The notes below the pieces were generated by a model. That model made no database searches, was not told the DNA's origin, and worked only from the letters and a program-made list of their open reading frames with translations. A DNA stretch of 64,000 nt, from NCBI GenBank assembly GCA_050084985.1, contig JBITNC010000001.1:67766001-67830000 (forward strand). The letters are read 5' to 3'. The stretch's first letter is position 1. Every line of letters begins with the position of its first letter. Positions 1 to 13,525 of this stretch are shown here, piece by piece. The position numbers were made by a program, and so were the translations under genes. Origin of the DNA: Nageia nagi (taxonomy: Eukaryota > Plantae > Pinophyta).

Positions 1-1560
1 TTATGATTATTGTGTTGGGATTATAAGTCATAAAAAGGTACAAATTCTAGTAAAAGGAAGTAATATTGCCTAAATAATAAATTGTAATTCTAAATTCAAA
101 ATAAAATGTATTTTATATGACAAATCAATGTCATACATTCCAACTAATAACATGCTTTGATTTTTACATTTAATTTATTTTCAAGCACATGACAATCAAA
201 ATTGGTATGGTTTCTTAGATTTTGACTAACCTTTACTTCTTTGAAAAGGGAAAGGAAAGCTAAAAATGATGAACTATAACAAATTTTTGAAAAATACATT
301 TACAAATAGCTAGAGTGTAGGATTAAGTAGAAGACTTATTGTTAAATTGTAGAGGCAATAAATGACATCGTTCATGCATATCACCAATTTAATCTAAAAC
401 TAAAATCAACTTACCTTTTGGATAGTATAATAGGGTACCCAAACATTTTTAAGGGTTTTCAAATTATCAAATTCCCATGCAAGAAAAGCAGATAGATAAC
501 TTTTCCTTATCACTCTTTGACATTCACCTAGAAAAAATATGACATAGGTCATCCTTTCCTTGATGATCTCATTCTGGGTAGAGGTACATAACATTATCAT
601 GGAGCTTATATAGTGCCCTAAATCATTTTAAAAATAAAATCATGGTGAAACCATCCATTTAATTCTAAATGGGATAAATTGAGTTCTATTCAAACATAAA
701 ATTTGTTCATGATATCACATAACAAACTAAATCATTTGTTTAATATTAAATTTGATAAATGTGTAGGGATTAGATTAAAACATATTGTAGGTTTAATTCC
801 CTTCCCTCAACGAACCCAATACGAAAAGTTTTGAACTTTATACATAGTAAAAATACATTAAACATTATATATTGAGCTCAATTGAGGTCTTCTTAAAGCT
901 TAAAACATTCTTTCTACAATAACCAATAGTAATATAAGTTTTAAGGAATTTTCATTCTTACCTACAAATGGCCTTTGAGTTGAGAGGTGGAATCTTCCCA
1001 CCTATCGTAAGGCTATCTAGAAGTAGGTAGGCCAACATTTGTTTTGAAACTATTTAGACTATTATCCACGTCAAGAAGCATCATAAAATCCAAATGAGTG
1101 TTTTGGGAAATCCCATGGATCAAACTTGGGTCTAGATAAACTTTACTTAATAGCACCTCCTCTAGTAAAATCTAAGCCTTGGGTAGGTTTACTTCCAGGT
1201 TGCTCTTCATTCTTCCAAACAAATATATCCTATTGGATTCTTGAAGAGTCTAAGCATAATGAGATTTTTTATGAGAATGTGAATGTTATCCATCTTCTCC
1301 TTTATGATCTTCAAAATTGGACCTTCCATGGTGAGGGAAAATGTTATTCCATATTTCCTTCTCTAAATGCATGGAATGGATGAATTTCTCATACATTTTT
1401 TGCTTCCATGTCTCATTTTTTGAGAACTAAAGTGTAACACAAATTTGATGATTGAGAGGAAACTGAGTAGGAGTAAATTTGGAAGTAAAGTTATTAGACT
1501 AAGGCAGTGTTATGGGTTTAGTATTGTAAAGATCCAAATACAACTTCAAGTAATAATTAG
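1..1560 (-). pseudogene. Decayed paralogue of the DUF1680/GH127-like glycoside hydrolase gene (5' exons; continues off the left edge)
   Basis: Nt 1-~530 align to 63242-64000, including intron sequence. Exon 415-617 reads GHYISS...ECQRVIRKSYLSAFLAWEFDNLKTLKNVWVPYYTIQK. Exon 962-~1560 reads ...SKNETWKQKMY...LLEEVLLSKVYLDPSLIHGISQNTHLDFMMLLDVDNSLNSFKTNVGLPTSR*PYDRWEDSTSQLKGH, with several stops and a 1-bp deletion. The next exon is largely deleted and its GT donor is mutated (338-339). Confidence 0.9.
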
Positions 1561-4166
1561 TAAATTCAAACACTTAAACCCCAATTTTATGCCTAGGGCA
1601 TTAATTACAAGTATATAAAACCTCAATACAACAACGTTAGGGTGAGGATACCCACTTCAAGTTAATACAATGCAAATATGCTAACATCTAAGCTAGGGCA
1701 TCAATATTAAACATTAATAGCACCAAGATACCAATGGATGGCAAAGACTAGCAGATATCAAAGTACATAAGCTCACAATACCAATGTCTAGTCCACACAA
1801 ACATATACAAGGAATGGTAATCTAATGATGGTAATAAACAAAGCTTACACAATACAAATATGATATCCAAGTGCCATTGGATGTATATATGATATAATAT
1901 GATAACAATACAATTCCAAGCTCCTAGAGCTAGACATTGGTCTCCAAGGAGCCAATTAGGGTATAATCTATATATATTTCACTATTGGACTAATACTCGA
2001 ATAATGGGATAGTAGTACTCCCTCAGAATCCAAATCCTCTACATCAAAGGAGCCCTCCTCTAATCCTAGAAACCACTAAAGGTAGAAGTTATACCTTGAA
2101 ATACCATCAAGTGGGTAAGGATGCTACACCAATGTTGTAAATGATCAGGATCCTTTAGCCTGAAATCCCTCCTAGATGTTGCACCTAGGGGATTGGTTAG
2201 CACCATTAAGTCTTGTTATCCTTTGGATGATATTAAGTATAATAATAATAAGGTATATCTAGTAATAAGACTCCAATATCTCTTTATAAACTTAACTTTT
2301 TCTAGATCTCACCTATGATTCATGACCTAGGTCCTTTAATCCAATGTTGGCCTAGTAGGGGTTCAGAATACCCAACATGGATTCTTAAGCATTATACATG
2401 CAAACATGGGGGCATAGGGTGTATTAAGTGCCAACATGAGATTCTAGGAGTGCCATGCATGCCCATGTGGGTTAAGAGGGAAAATGTGGGGACTTTGAAC
2501 TATGGTTTTATTATGGACTTTGGACTTTGGACTATGTTATTATTATGGACTTTGAACTATGTTGATGATGTTATTGGATGGATGTTGTTGTGTATTTTCA
2601 TACATTCTTTTCACATAATATATTATTGATATAATATTCTCCCCTCCCATTCCCCTTCCCCCTATGTGAAATTTTTTTATCCCGTCATAAGAATCTATTA
2701 TAGAGGAGTAGTTTGGGGTACAAATAAGAAAAGTAATTATTACTATGTTAAAATTGAGGAGTACAAGATTTACTAGTAAGATAATTTTAAAACATCTTTA
2801 ATATTAGGTGATACCCTTGTATTATCATGCCAATATTTTTCAATTTCAAATTTGATCTCATTAGTCAATTTCATGTTAAACTTATGGAGTCTACCACTAA
2901 AACTCCAACATTGGTTGATTTTATCAATTTCAATATTTTGTCTTCTTTTTTCGACTCTTTGCAAAGTCTTGGGATGTATATTTGGATATCCACTAAGGTT
3001 ACCAATCATTTTTTTGTTGAATTTTTATTTACTAAAGTATTTGCTATGACTCATCATATCGCATTCTTATCTTTAGATCAACTCTTCTTCCCAATAGATT
3101 CGATGAGCTAGCAATAGTGGATATAACTTATTTTAGGGGCTCATCATTTTTCATACAAATACCTAAATTTTTCATTACTTTCTCATTATAGACATTCTCA
3201 TTAATTGAAACATGAGTTGCCATTGAAATCCTAACTCCCAATTAGAGAAAATTTGATCATATATTCTATTTGTGTGTGTTCTAATTTGTGTCCTAGATAT
3301 CTTACTAGGGATATTATTTAATATACTATGTTTAATTTGTAAAAGCATATTATCATGCGATTTATCCAATATACTAGGGGTTTCAATCTCATTGGCTATT
3401 TTATTTTTTCAAGAATAAAATTCATATCATTAGTATTATTAAAACATAGATTAGAATACAAATCTCTATTATATGTTTCAATATTCTCATTTTCAAAATC
3501 ATTCAAAGGTAGATCCAATGATATACATAGATTCATATCTATAATCATTGGATTTGAAGTTTCATTCAAAGGTGGATTTGAATACATACTCAAATTTGAA
3601 GCTTCTATCATATTCATAGTTAATTCCTTTTTCCTAAGAAAATCCCTTTATAATAAGCCTCACTATTATTTTTCAAATGAATCATCTCCTTTGTACTTGA
3701 CTTTATAAACCCACTTACAATTGATTAGTTTGTTTCATAATAAAGGATAAAGCAAATTTTATATCCCATTCTTCACAGTGCATCAAATTCTTTTTGTATT
3801 TCATCCCTTAGCAAATTTTGAGTCACTACTTATTCAAAGGAAGTCAATTTAGGATCTTCAACCAAATTTAAATCACAATCATATAAATACTCCATATCAA
3901 ACATATCACTTTCTACTACTTCATATTTTGAATGTATTTCTTGAATTTTGTTTTCTTCTTGTTTGGCTTAATAAGAAATTTTCTTTCCTATTTTTTTTAA
4001 AATTTCATCAAGATGAATAATTTTAAGTATTTTTATAGCAGATTTTGAAAACTTCTACAATGGTCAAAGTTGATTTGAGGATTGTTATGGTGTTTCAGCT
4101 CCATCAATACTCAACCTTCCAATCTAGTTAAGCATATATTTTAACTAATATTTATTCCCAATTATA

Positions 4167-4577
4167 GGCACTAATAAAGTGGATGGATCTCTTATTGTCA
4201 TCAATTTCCTTCAAGAATTTATGGAAAAATATTCGAAATACTATTCCAAGAAAGGTATCCTCCCCTGATGGTTTTGAATCCCATTATCAAATTCATCATA
4301 TATATTTATTTTGGTGAAATTATAAATATGATTTAATTGATGCTCAAAAATGATTTTATATTTAGAATTTGGCACTAATAAAGTGCATGGATCTCTTATT
4401 GTTATCAATTTCCTTCAAGAATTTAAGGAAAAGATTCAAAATACTATTCTAAAAAAGGTATCCTCCCATGAAGGTTTGGAATCCTATTATCAAATTCATC
4501 ATATATGTTTACTTTGGTGAACTCATCAATATGATTTGATTGATCATGCTCAATAATGGTTTCATATTTAGAAGTTT
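4167..4577. repeat. ~204-bp tandem duplication (2 diverged copies) inside the copia remnant
   Basis: GGCACTAATAAAGTG...ATATTTAGAA starts at 4167 and again at 4371. Confidence 0.9.
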
Positions 4578-4998
4578 CACAAAATATTTATCTTTGGAGA
4601 TGATAGATTTTTTGTTCACATTGTGATATGCCTTTGAGTTGTTTGAATATCTCAAAAAATATTTTTTTAACTTCTTACATCCAATTTTTTTCTCTAGTTA
4701 CAATCAAGGCTTAATAAGTTGATCCAAAAAATTTGAGATGCTTTATTAATGAAGGAATGTGACCATATCATAATTCATAACTTGAGTCTTATTTTGGAGA
4801 GCTATTGATGGACATATGTTTCTAATGTACATTGCATTTAAAAATGCATATGCCCAAAATATTATCTATATATTTTCAAAGAATGAAATTGCATAAACCA
4901 CATTCATAATGGTTTGATTTATTATTTATGCTACACCATTTTTTATGGGTTGTATAATACTAGCATTTGATGTTTGATTCAATATCAACAAAGATAGT

Positions 4999-5077
4999 TT
5001 TTAAAGTGATTTGATGTGAAATATCCTCCATATCATTTTTTAAAGTGATTTGATGTGAAATATCCTCCATTATCATT
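4999..5077. repeat. 39-bp tandem duplication
   Basis: TTTTAAAGTGATTTGATGTGAAATATCCTCCAT x2, visible in the ORF track as MEDISHQITLK x2. Confidence 0.9.
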
Positions 5078-7336
5078 TTAAAGAGTGTCAATATAAAATT
5101 ATGCTTCATTTTCAATCCATGCATAAAAATTTTGAAATTTCCAATATGTTTCAACTTTTTCTTCAAAAATATGTCCATGTTATCCTAATGTAATCATCAA
5201 TGAAAGTCATTTTTGTACTTATTTTAAATTACCAATTCAATTTGCATGAGTCCGTACAAATATAAGTGAATCTGATTCAATTTTCTCTCTTTTATCCATG
5301 AAAATTTTAGGAATGGATAATTATGATTCTTTCCAATGATGGAACAAGCCTCACATTGTTCTAAATTCCTAAGGAGTATGGGAAAACCTGTTACTCCTCT
5401 TTTTTTCAACATTTGAATGTTATCATAGTTGAGATACTCAAACTATGCATACCAAAGGAGGCTTGATGATAGTGTACCATTTTTTTTATTAAGATATGCA
5501 AACTCTTTAAATTATGTGAATATTTCAATCCTCTCTTTACTTTCAATAATATTTCATCTTCCTATTATCATAACCATATTAATTTTAAGGTGTTGTTTAT
5601 TTAAAACATTCCATCAACAATGTGAATGGAATTTATTTATTTCTTAATTTGGACAAGAGAAAATAAGATCCTCCATAATTCATGAAGGATAAGTACATCC
5701 TAAAAAAATAAATCTAGGTAATCTGAGACTAACTATGCCAATTCATGAAGGGGGGAAATTGGATCTATCAACAAAATATAATATACCAATCATATTATCA
5801 TTTATCTCCTCAAATAATTCATGTAAAACATCATGTGACATATTGCACTAATATCAAGCAACCATTCATTTTATCAAGATACAAATGAGGCATTGAATAT
5901 GTCAACATCAATCTTAATATTGCAATATGTTATAACATTATGGGTTAATCAAAAGTCATTTACCTTTTCATTACGAGGCTCCTTATTTTCAATTCTATCC
6001 CAAAATATTTTGTAATACTTGGAATCATGTAATTTTCTCTTATACCTTTTAAAATATTTTTATTATATATACTTGATTTTTTTCTTAATAGATGTGTCCA
6101 TGTATGATAGAGAACAATACATAATAAAAAGTAGTAAGTGGTAGACATTTAAACTATCTTAACACTTTTTACTAAGAAAACCTCATTGTGGGTATAAAAC
6201 CCTATATACTTGGAATTCCTCAATATAGATCTTTATATCAAATGATAGTGACAAATGGGTAGATGATGTGAGAAGTGGAAATAATTTATTTGCCTTATTA
6301 CTTCCAACAAATTATAGGCATTATTGATATATAATTTTTCTTTCCTCTTATAAAACCACTAAATAAGATAATAAAGTGGAAAGTAACTTCAACACTAAGT
6401 GAGGTAGCATTACTTACCTTCTCTTGAAAGGACATTAACATATGAAAGATACAATAAGAATTTGAAACTTGAAAAGAAAAATAGAACAATAAATGAAGGA
6501 TAATGACTGTTATTTCAAGTTTCAAGGCTTATGATTCATCATTTTAGTTTTTTCCTTGCTATTTTTTGTATTATCATTCAAAAAATTTAAATGCAACAAA
6601 TAAAAATTTATAAAAAAAATAAATAAAAACAAAGAAATGAAAACTTGAAAATAAATAAGAAAATAGGTCAAGAGAAGTTACCAATTATGCAATGTCTAAA
6701 ATGCATATGCTCAAATTTGACAACAAAGTATTCATTTAGTTTAAAATCAATATTGTTTAGACAAGCTATTGCTTAATCCAAAAATAAAATAGGGAAATCT
6801 CAAATTTGACTTAAGTCACAAATGTGTTTAGAATGACTATGATGAAATGAAATATTACCAAACAAACACTTCCTTAATAAATGACATAAGCATAATATGT
6901 TTTGGAATACATAATATACTACAAGATGCAAAACAAATCATGTATTCAATTTATCAATTCAACAATATTATAAATTAAAAATCCAAGTTAAAATATGATG
7001 AATTTGGAAAGTTTTGAATTACAAATTTTATTTCCATCTCCAAATAACTCTCCTCTTTGTAAAGAATCATATCTTTTCATGAAATTTCTACATTCTTAAT
7101 CTTATATGATATGTCTCTCTTCATTTTTTGATCTCTATAATAAACCCTAATTCTTTATTTTATAAGAGTAAGGAATTAAAATAGTTTACAAGTGGTTTTA
7201 TAATATTTGTAATTTCTAACGATAGTTTCAAAAATCCCTCTAAGTATCAAATTATCAATAAATGTGACCTCTAAAATCTCTATTTATTGTAGACTATAAA
7301 ACAAAATCCTATTGCATTCCAATAATACATATCTTA

Positions 7337-8394
7337 GCACATAACAATTTCTAAAGTGAGACACACATATTGAACTAGATGATGATGAATGCTTCGATGG
7401 AGGATATCTTCCTCAAAGATGAAGGGAAGACCATGAAAGAGAGACATGTCCATTAGTATCTATGTGGAGAGAAATAACATTTGGGATAAAAACATGTAAA
7501 GATTTAGAACTCACTATGAGTTCTTACAATCGAAAGGAGGTGATGTAGATTATGGATACAAAATTTGATGTGTCTATATGAATATATAGATTTGAAATGG
7601 AGAATGGAGGTGGGGATTAATTTTAAAGCCATTGATGGAGATGAAGAGAAAGGTGTAGTCGCATTTGTATGATTGTGAATTTTTATACATGTGTGAATAT
7701 GATAAGAAAATCTAATTTATATTAACAAGAAGGATTACCACTGACAAGCCAAAATAGGAAGCATTTATGGAATTCCTAACTCTTGATTTAGTGAAAGAGT
7801 GCTAGAATGAGAAGAGCAGAGGCACTAGATTCAGGCTTATCAAGTTCCTCCAAGATCATATGATGGGTGAGTGGAAAAAAAATGATAAGAAATTGAAAAC
7901 TTGTGGTGGAGAATCTGATATGTGTGACACCAAGAAAGTTGGAAGGAGTAAGTGTTGTACCACTATAAGTCATATTGTCAAATCACCCAAGTTAGTGTTG
8001 ATGGTTCAAAATGCTAATAGGGATGTAAAGCTATTAGGCTAACGTATTGCACAAGTTTCAAAAGATATGTATTAAATGAAGTATACAACATGAAACACTA
8101 TGTTCAATCGGGTTGACTGAGAAGATGGATGTAAAGGCAAAGATGATCATTGTGATTGCTATGATAAAGCATGAAAACACCAAAATTATTATTATCAGAA
8201 GGCTAAGAATGTGATTCATTTATGCAAAAGAGTCGTAGAGGTGATGGAAGAGCATTGAACTAATGATAAGTGAATTACACGAAGAAGGATGTTTTCCTAT
8301 AAATTGAGTGAGAGAGCATGGAAGCATGAGAAATCATGAAGTGAGGTGGACAAATTAGATACCAATCGTGATGAATGTGGTAGAGAAAATAAAG
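7337..8394 (+). repeat. 1.06-kb direct repeat, copy 1 (copy 2 at 11094-12151)
   Basis: GCACATAACAATTT...GTAGAGAAAATAAAG is shared; about 20 differences counted by eye (~98% identity). Confidence 0.95.
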
Positions 8395-10439
8395 AATCCA
8401 AGGATTGATAATCTATCACCAAATCTATCAAATAGTTGCAAATTGATCAACACCCTTTTTTATTCAATTTGGCCACATTTTCACCAAGGAATAGATAAAA
8501 AAATGTATGCCTCCACATCATACATACATGTATTTCAAAGGCATGTAAAACCACAATATATGATAACCACATATTATCAAATATCTCTAATGTGTAAATA
8601 AATTTTGCTGATTTCAAATCTTCATTTTTTGATGATGTATCAAAAATAAATTAGTAATGCTACAAAATCTTTTCAAAAAGCCACTTTAGATATATCTAGT
8701 ATGTCAATTGTGAAAGTTTTTTAACACTCGTATTACTTTAAACTATATGATTGAACAAGATACCCTTTGAAGATAACTATACTTATCAATTGATCATGGA
8801 GGATTTGTTGATCACTTTATGAAGTTTACATTATATGATGTGATACATTTTCTCATGGAACATGATAATTTCATATTAATAAAATATGGATTCATGGAAT
8901 ATTGATAATAATGTACTAAGACACCAATACCTTATTATATTTGGACTACTCTCTTCAAACCATGATATTTTGATAGACATATTGACTTGTACAGGACTAT
9001 CCAAATGCTTTCCATAATAACACAACTTGAAATCATAGATGGAAACAATTTCAAAAACTAGTAAACATTGATAATAAACTCAACTAATTGATTTTGATTA
9101 CAAAAAATCACAATTTCCCTAATCTTGAAAGGGTGTGGTTTCTTTTTACTTTGCAATCAATGAAAATTTTGAGCTTGGTTGGATTCTTGAGTAGACATAG
9201 AATATTCAATGATGTTGTTAATGTGGGATTATCGTTGCCACTAGCATGTATGCGACTCATGCACCTCTTAAGATGATCCAAAGTTTGATTGGATTATTCT
9301 TATTTTGCCCCAATAGAGGTAGGTTAGTATTAATGTTTTGCAAATATCATTGGAAATATATTTTTCTAAGATCAAGTATTTTAAAATCGGTGTTTTAAAA
9401 GGAAAGGTGTAAATTATTCCCATCAAACATCGAAGTGGCATACAAGGATGACAATGAAGATGATTGACAAGACAAAACATGGAGGAATCATGAGAATAGG
9501 TAGTGGATGTTGATAAAACAAAAACAAAGTGATGAAACATGTTGATGTAATGAGGTGTGGCCATGTGTCAAGGTTGAGGTTTTATTTTTTTGTTGTTGGT
9601 TTCATATGTTTATACATGCATACAAAAATATTGAACAAGGTTAGAGCTAGAAAATAATTGATCAATAAAGAATTTCTATATTAAAATAAATACTCATGAA
9701 AATGATGGGTAAAAAGCTTTATTGGCTTTCTCAAGGAAGTGTTCAACTTACATGAGAGAGCCAAAAAAGATCATCGTAGAAAATCAAGGAGTGGCATAAA
9801 AATGAAAGAATGATATGGAATAGGAGGCATGTGGGATAAAATCATAAGTGGGTGGGATAATAAAAAAGGTGGTGGGGGTGAATATGGATGGTGTGGCCCT
9901 AAGGAAGCCTACATCATGGTGATTAGATGGTGTAAGTCTCATAAACGATTCATGTTGTAGAATATGGTGCATGTGGTATAAATAATTTTTTTTAGTAAAG
10001 TATTATACATATATACGAGAAAAATGAAATGGTGAGATAATATCAAGAAACAAGAAGTTAGTGGATAACCGAGGTAAATGCATATGTAAAGGAAGATAAA
10101 AGTGATGAGGAGTAATCATTTTCTCAGGTCCCTCATTTGAGATGAAAAAATCAAGAAAATCAATTATGATGAGTGGAGGGACAATATAATAATTTGACTA
10201 GGGGATGTTGTATGGTGAATATGTAATAAAAAAAATGAGGAGCATATGTGAAAGGAAAAAAAGGAAAAATAAATGAGGCACAACAAAATGAAGAAAAAAT
10301 TATCAGGATTGGACTTGGATTGTATCCAATTGGTGGGCATACACCATACCCATGAGACATTGTGGGGCCCTTAGTTGAAAACAATACAAGTCACCATAAA
10401 AATGAATTGGATGTAATAAAAGGGATTTTGGCTAAAGAA

Positions 10440-11093
10440 GATGACACATGTTGGATAAAATGATTATGGAGTGGGATGAATAGTGTAAAAAGGCACATCT
10501 TTTTTTATTCATTTTGTGTTGGTTTGGTTTTTTTTTTTGGACAATTGAAACAACAAAAAATATGTATTATGTATAGGGTAAAATGTTGTTTCCACTTAGA
10601 TGCTTGAGTGGATAGTAATACATCAAAAAAATCAAGATCATGTAGTGATATTAGCAATACTATTAAGGGAACTAGAAGTTGAACCCTCTAGCTCAAAAAC
10701 AAGTGTGCTTGGCCTATTGAACAAGGAATTACATGTTATTGGTGCAAAATGGTAGGTGATTGAGAATAATAGGAAAAATGTCAAATGATTATGATCTTTA
10801 ATTAGTTTTGATGAGAATGTGGATTCCCAGTAAATATTGCATCACCAAAGGGTGTATGCCACAATGAAATGATGATAATACTCTTGCAAGTAAAATGCAA
10901 TGGGACCAAAATAATAGAGTAATTAAAGAATCCAAGAATTCCATAGATAGTAGAGGATGATCTTCCATGTCTAGTTGGGTCAAGCAATGAGTTGGATGAG
11001 TAGGCAAAGGTGCTTTGTAGAATCTGTGTGGCTAATGACACAAATTGCCTAGTGATGGTGTACACGAGAAAATCTTATGCTCACCAAATGTTG
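10440..11093 (+). mobile_element. Highly degraded LTR-retrotransposon gag-like remnant
   Basis: Purine-rich decayed coding-like sequence with zinc-knuckle-like ITCYWCKMVG (~10730) and CRICVAN (~11015); family not assignable. Confidence 0.3.
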
Positions 11094-12151
11094 GCACATA
11101 ACAATTTATAAAGTGAGACACACATATTGAACTAGATGATGATGAATGCTTCAATGGAGGATATCTTCCTCAAAGATGAAGGGAAGACCATGAAAGAGAG
11201 ACATGTCCATTAGTATCTATGTGGAGAGAAATAACATTTGGGATAAAAACATGTAAAGATTTAGAACTCACTATGAGTTCTTACAATCGATGGAGGTGAT
11301 GTAGATTATGGATACAAAATTTGATGTGTCTATATGAATATATAGATTTGAAATGGAGAATGGAGGGTGGGGATTAATTTTAAAGCCATTGATGGAGATG
11401 AAGAGAAAGGTGTAGTCGCATTTGTATGATTGTGAATTTTTATACATGTGTGAATATGATAAGAAAATCTTAATTTATATTAACAAGAAGGATTACCACT
11501 GACAAGCCAAAATAGGAAGCATTTATGGAATTCCTAACTCTTGATTTAGTGAAAGAGTGCTAGAATGAGAAGAGCAGAGGCACTAGATTCGGGCTTATCA
11601 AGTTCCTCCAAGATCATATGATGGGTGAGTGGAAAAAAATGATAAGAAATTGAAAACTTGTGGTGGAGAATCTGATATGTGTGACACCAAGAAAGTTGGA
11701 AGGAGTAAGTGTTGTACCACTATAAGTCATATTGTCAAATCACGCAAGTTAGTGTTGATGGTTCAAAATGCTAATAGGGATGTAAAGCTATTAGGCTAAT
11801 GTATTGCACAAGTTGCAAAAGATATGTATTAAATGAAGTATACAACATGAAACACTATGTTCAATCGAGTTGACTGAGAAGATGGATGTAAAGGCAAAGA
11901 TGATCATTGTGATTGCTATGATAAAGCATGAAAACACCAAAATTATTATTATCAGAAGGCTAGGAATGTGATTCATTTCTGCAAAAGAGTCGTAGAGGTG
12001 GTGGAAGAGCATTGAACTAATGATAAGTGAATTACATGAATAAGGATGTTTTCCTACAAATCGAGTGAGAGAGCATGGAAGCATGAGAAATCATGAAGTG
12101 AGGTGGACAAATTAGATACTAATCGTGATGAATGTGGTAGAGAAAATAAAG
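11094..12151 (+). repeat. 1.06-kb direct repeat, copy 2
   Basis: Near-identical to 7337-8394. Confidence 0.95.
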
Positions 12152-12352
12152 GGAAACAAATGTAAAGGTGATATAATTACAAAAATAATAGATGAAAAAA
12201 GAAAATGAGAGTGGGTAGATGAAAGATGATTGGACATGATTTATTGTTCAATGAATAGTTTTATCAATCTAGTTCCACCTGAGTGTGAAAAAAGGATAAT
12301 CCCATTCAATAATAATTTAATACTAATTCCACCTTAGTGTATAGGAAATGTA

Positions 12353-12605
12353 TGTTAAAAACCATAATCTTATTATGGTATTTGTAAATATTTAGAAATT
12401 ATACATGTGTCAATGACAAGTGTCATTTGAAGTTAGCTAGAGAAATTTTAGCTTAGTGCTTAGGCAGGTAAATTAGTTAGGATGAGGTGTATACTTAGTT
12501 GCACCATTTTAGGAGTTTGTTAGTTAACCACTTTTGTGTTCTATATATTGTAAATTATTCTTGAGTTAATATAAGAATCTTGGAGTTTTATGATCCATTC
12601 TTGCA
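12353..12605 (+). repeat. Copia-A 5' LTR
   Basis: TGTTAAAAACC...CTTGCA, followed by the PBS. Confidence 0.97.
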
Positions 12606-12606
12606 T

Positions 12607-12618
12607 TGGTATCAGAGC
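12607..12618 (+). promoter_or_regulatory. Primer binding site (tRNA-iMet), Copia-A
   Basis: TGGTATCAGAGC, 1 nt after the LTR end; the canonical plant iMet PBS. Confidence 0.95.
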
Positions 12619-13525
12619 AAGGAATTTGGAAAACTCCATGCAAATTCGTCACTGTAGTTTGTTGTGATTTCTAGTAGTATTTTGTTTTGGAGTCTTGGTT
12701 GCTAAGTTTTATCAATTCATGGCTCCTCTCCAGCAAAAATCATGATGTCCTCCTCTACTACAGAAATCATGTTGTAGATGTAAAATTTATGGGTGGCTCC
12801 TCTCTTTTGAAGTTCGAATTCGTGCCTTCATTGTTCCATTATCATGGACCCTTTCTACAAAATCGTGGCCTCATCTACATTTTTGAAGCTATTCTCCTGG
12901 ACAATGTCTCAAACTTGGACATCATACGTTTCATTGTAGAAATTCATGGGAGAATTCATGAGCTATTTACAGCAGTTCTTGCAGTTTTGTGAGCATCATT
13001 TGATGTCTCTGCATTTTTTATGGATCTAGTTCGTTGCTACCTGCAACCTTCCTCTTTGCTAAAAATTGTGGCTTCCCTAGACCTGCATTTTTTCCTTAGT
13101 TCGTGGGCATCTCTCTGCAATTTGCTTGGTGGCTCTTCCTGTTGATAGTTTTGTGGTCCAGAAAACTTCTTTTCAGCTCATGGGTATCTGCATGATCTCA
13201 AACTATTGAATAAGGTAATAAATTGCAAATCGTGGGTCTTCCATATGTTTTTCAAAGTGGATATTCAATTTTTAAATAGTTTTTTTTTTAACTTTTGACC
13301 CATATTAAATATTTTGATATTTTTCAAATATTTAAGGTTTTTTGTTTAAATCTATTTTAAAATTGATACTACTTATATTTTTTCATAGAAATAAGGTGTA
13401 TAAAATATTTTGGTACTCCAAATATTTAATTACAAATTTTATATTTGGGTATATTTAAATATTTAAAGTTATTAAATATTTTAATTTTATATTAAAATAT
13501 TTTTTAATTTTCAAATATTTTGGCA

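Larger units (their letters stand above)
3610..6060 (-). mobile_element. Old, truncated Ty1/copia remnant (protease, integrase, start of RT) related to Copia-A
   Basis: Minus-strand translations EWLLDISAICHMMF...ILYFVDRS, GFPILLRNLEQCEACSIIGKNHNYPF and CKWVYKVKYK match the same motifs in the 14174-18396 polyprotein; many stops and frameshifts. Confidence 0.8.

Noticed and set aside
7337-12151. LTR pair of a retrotransposon
   Set aside because: No TG...CA termini, PBS, PPT or TSD.
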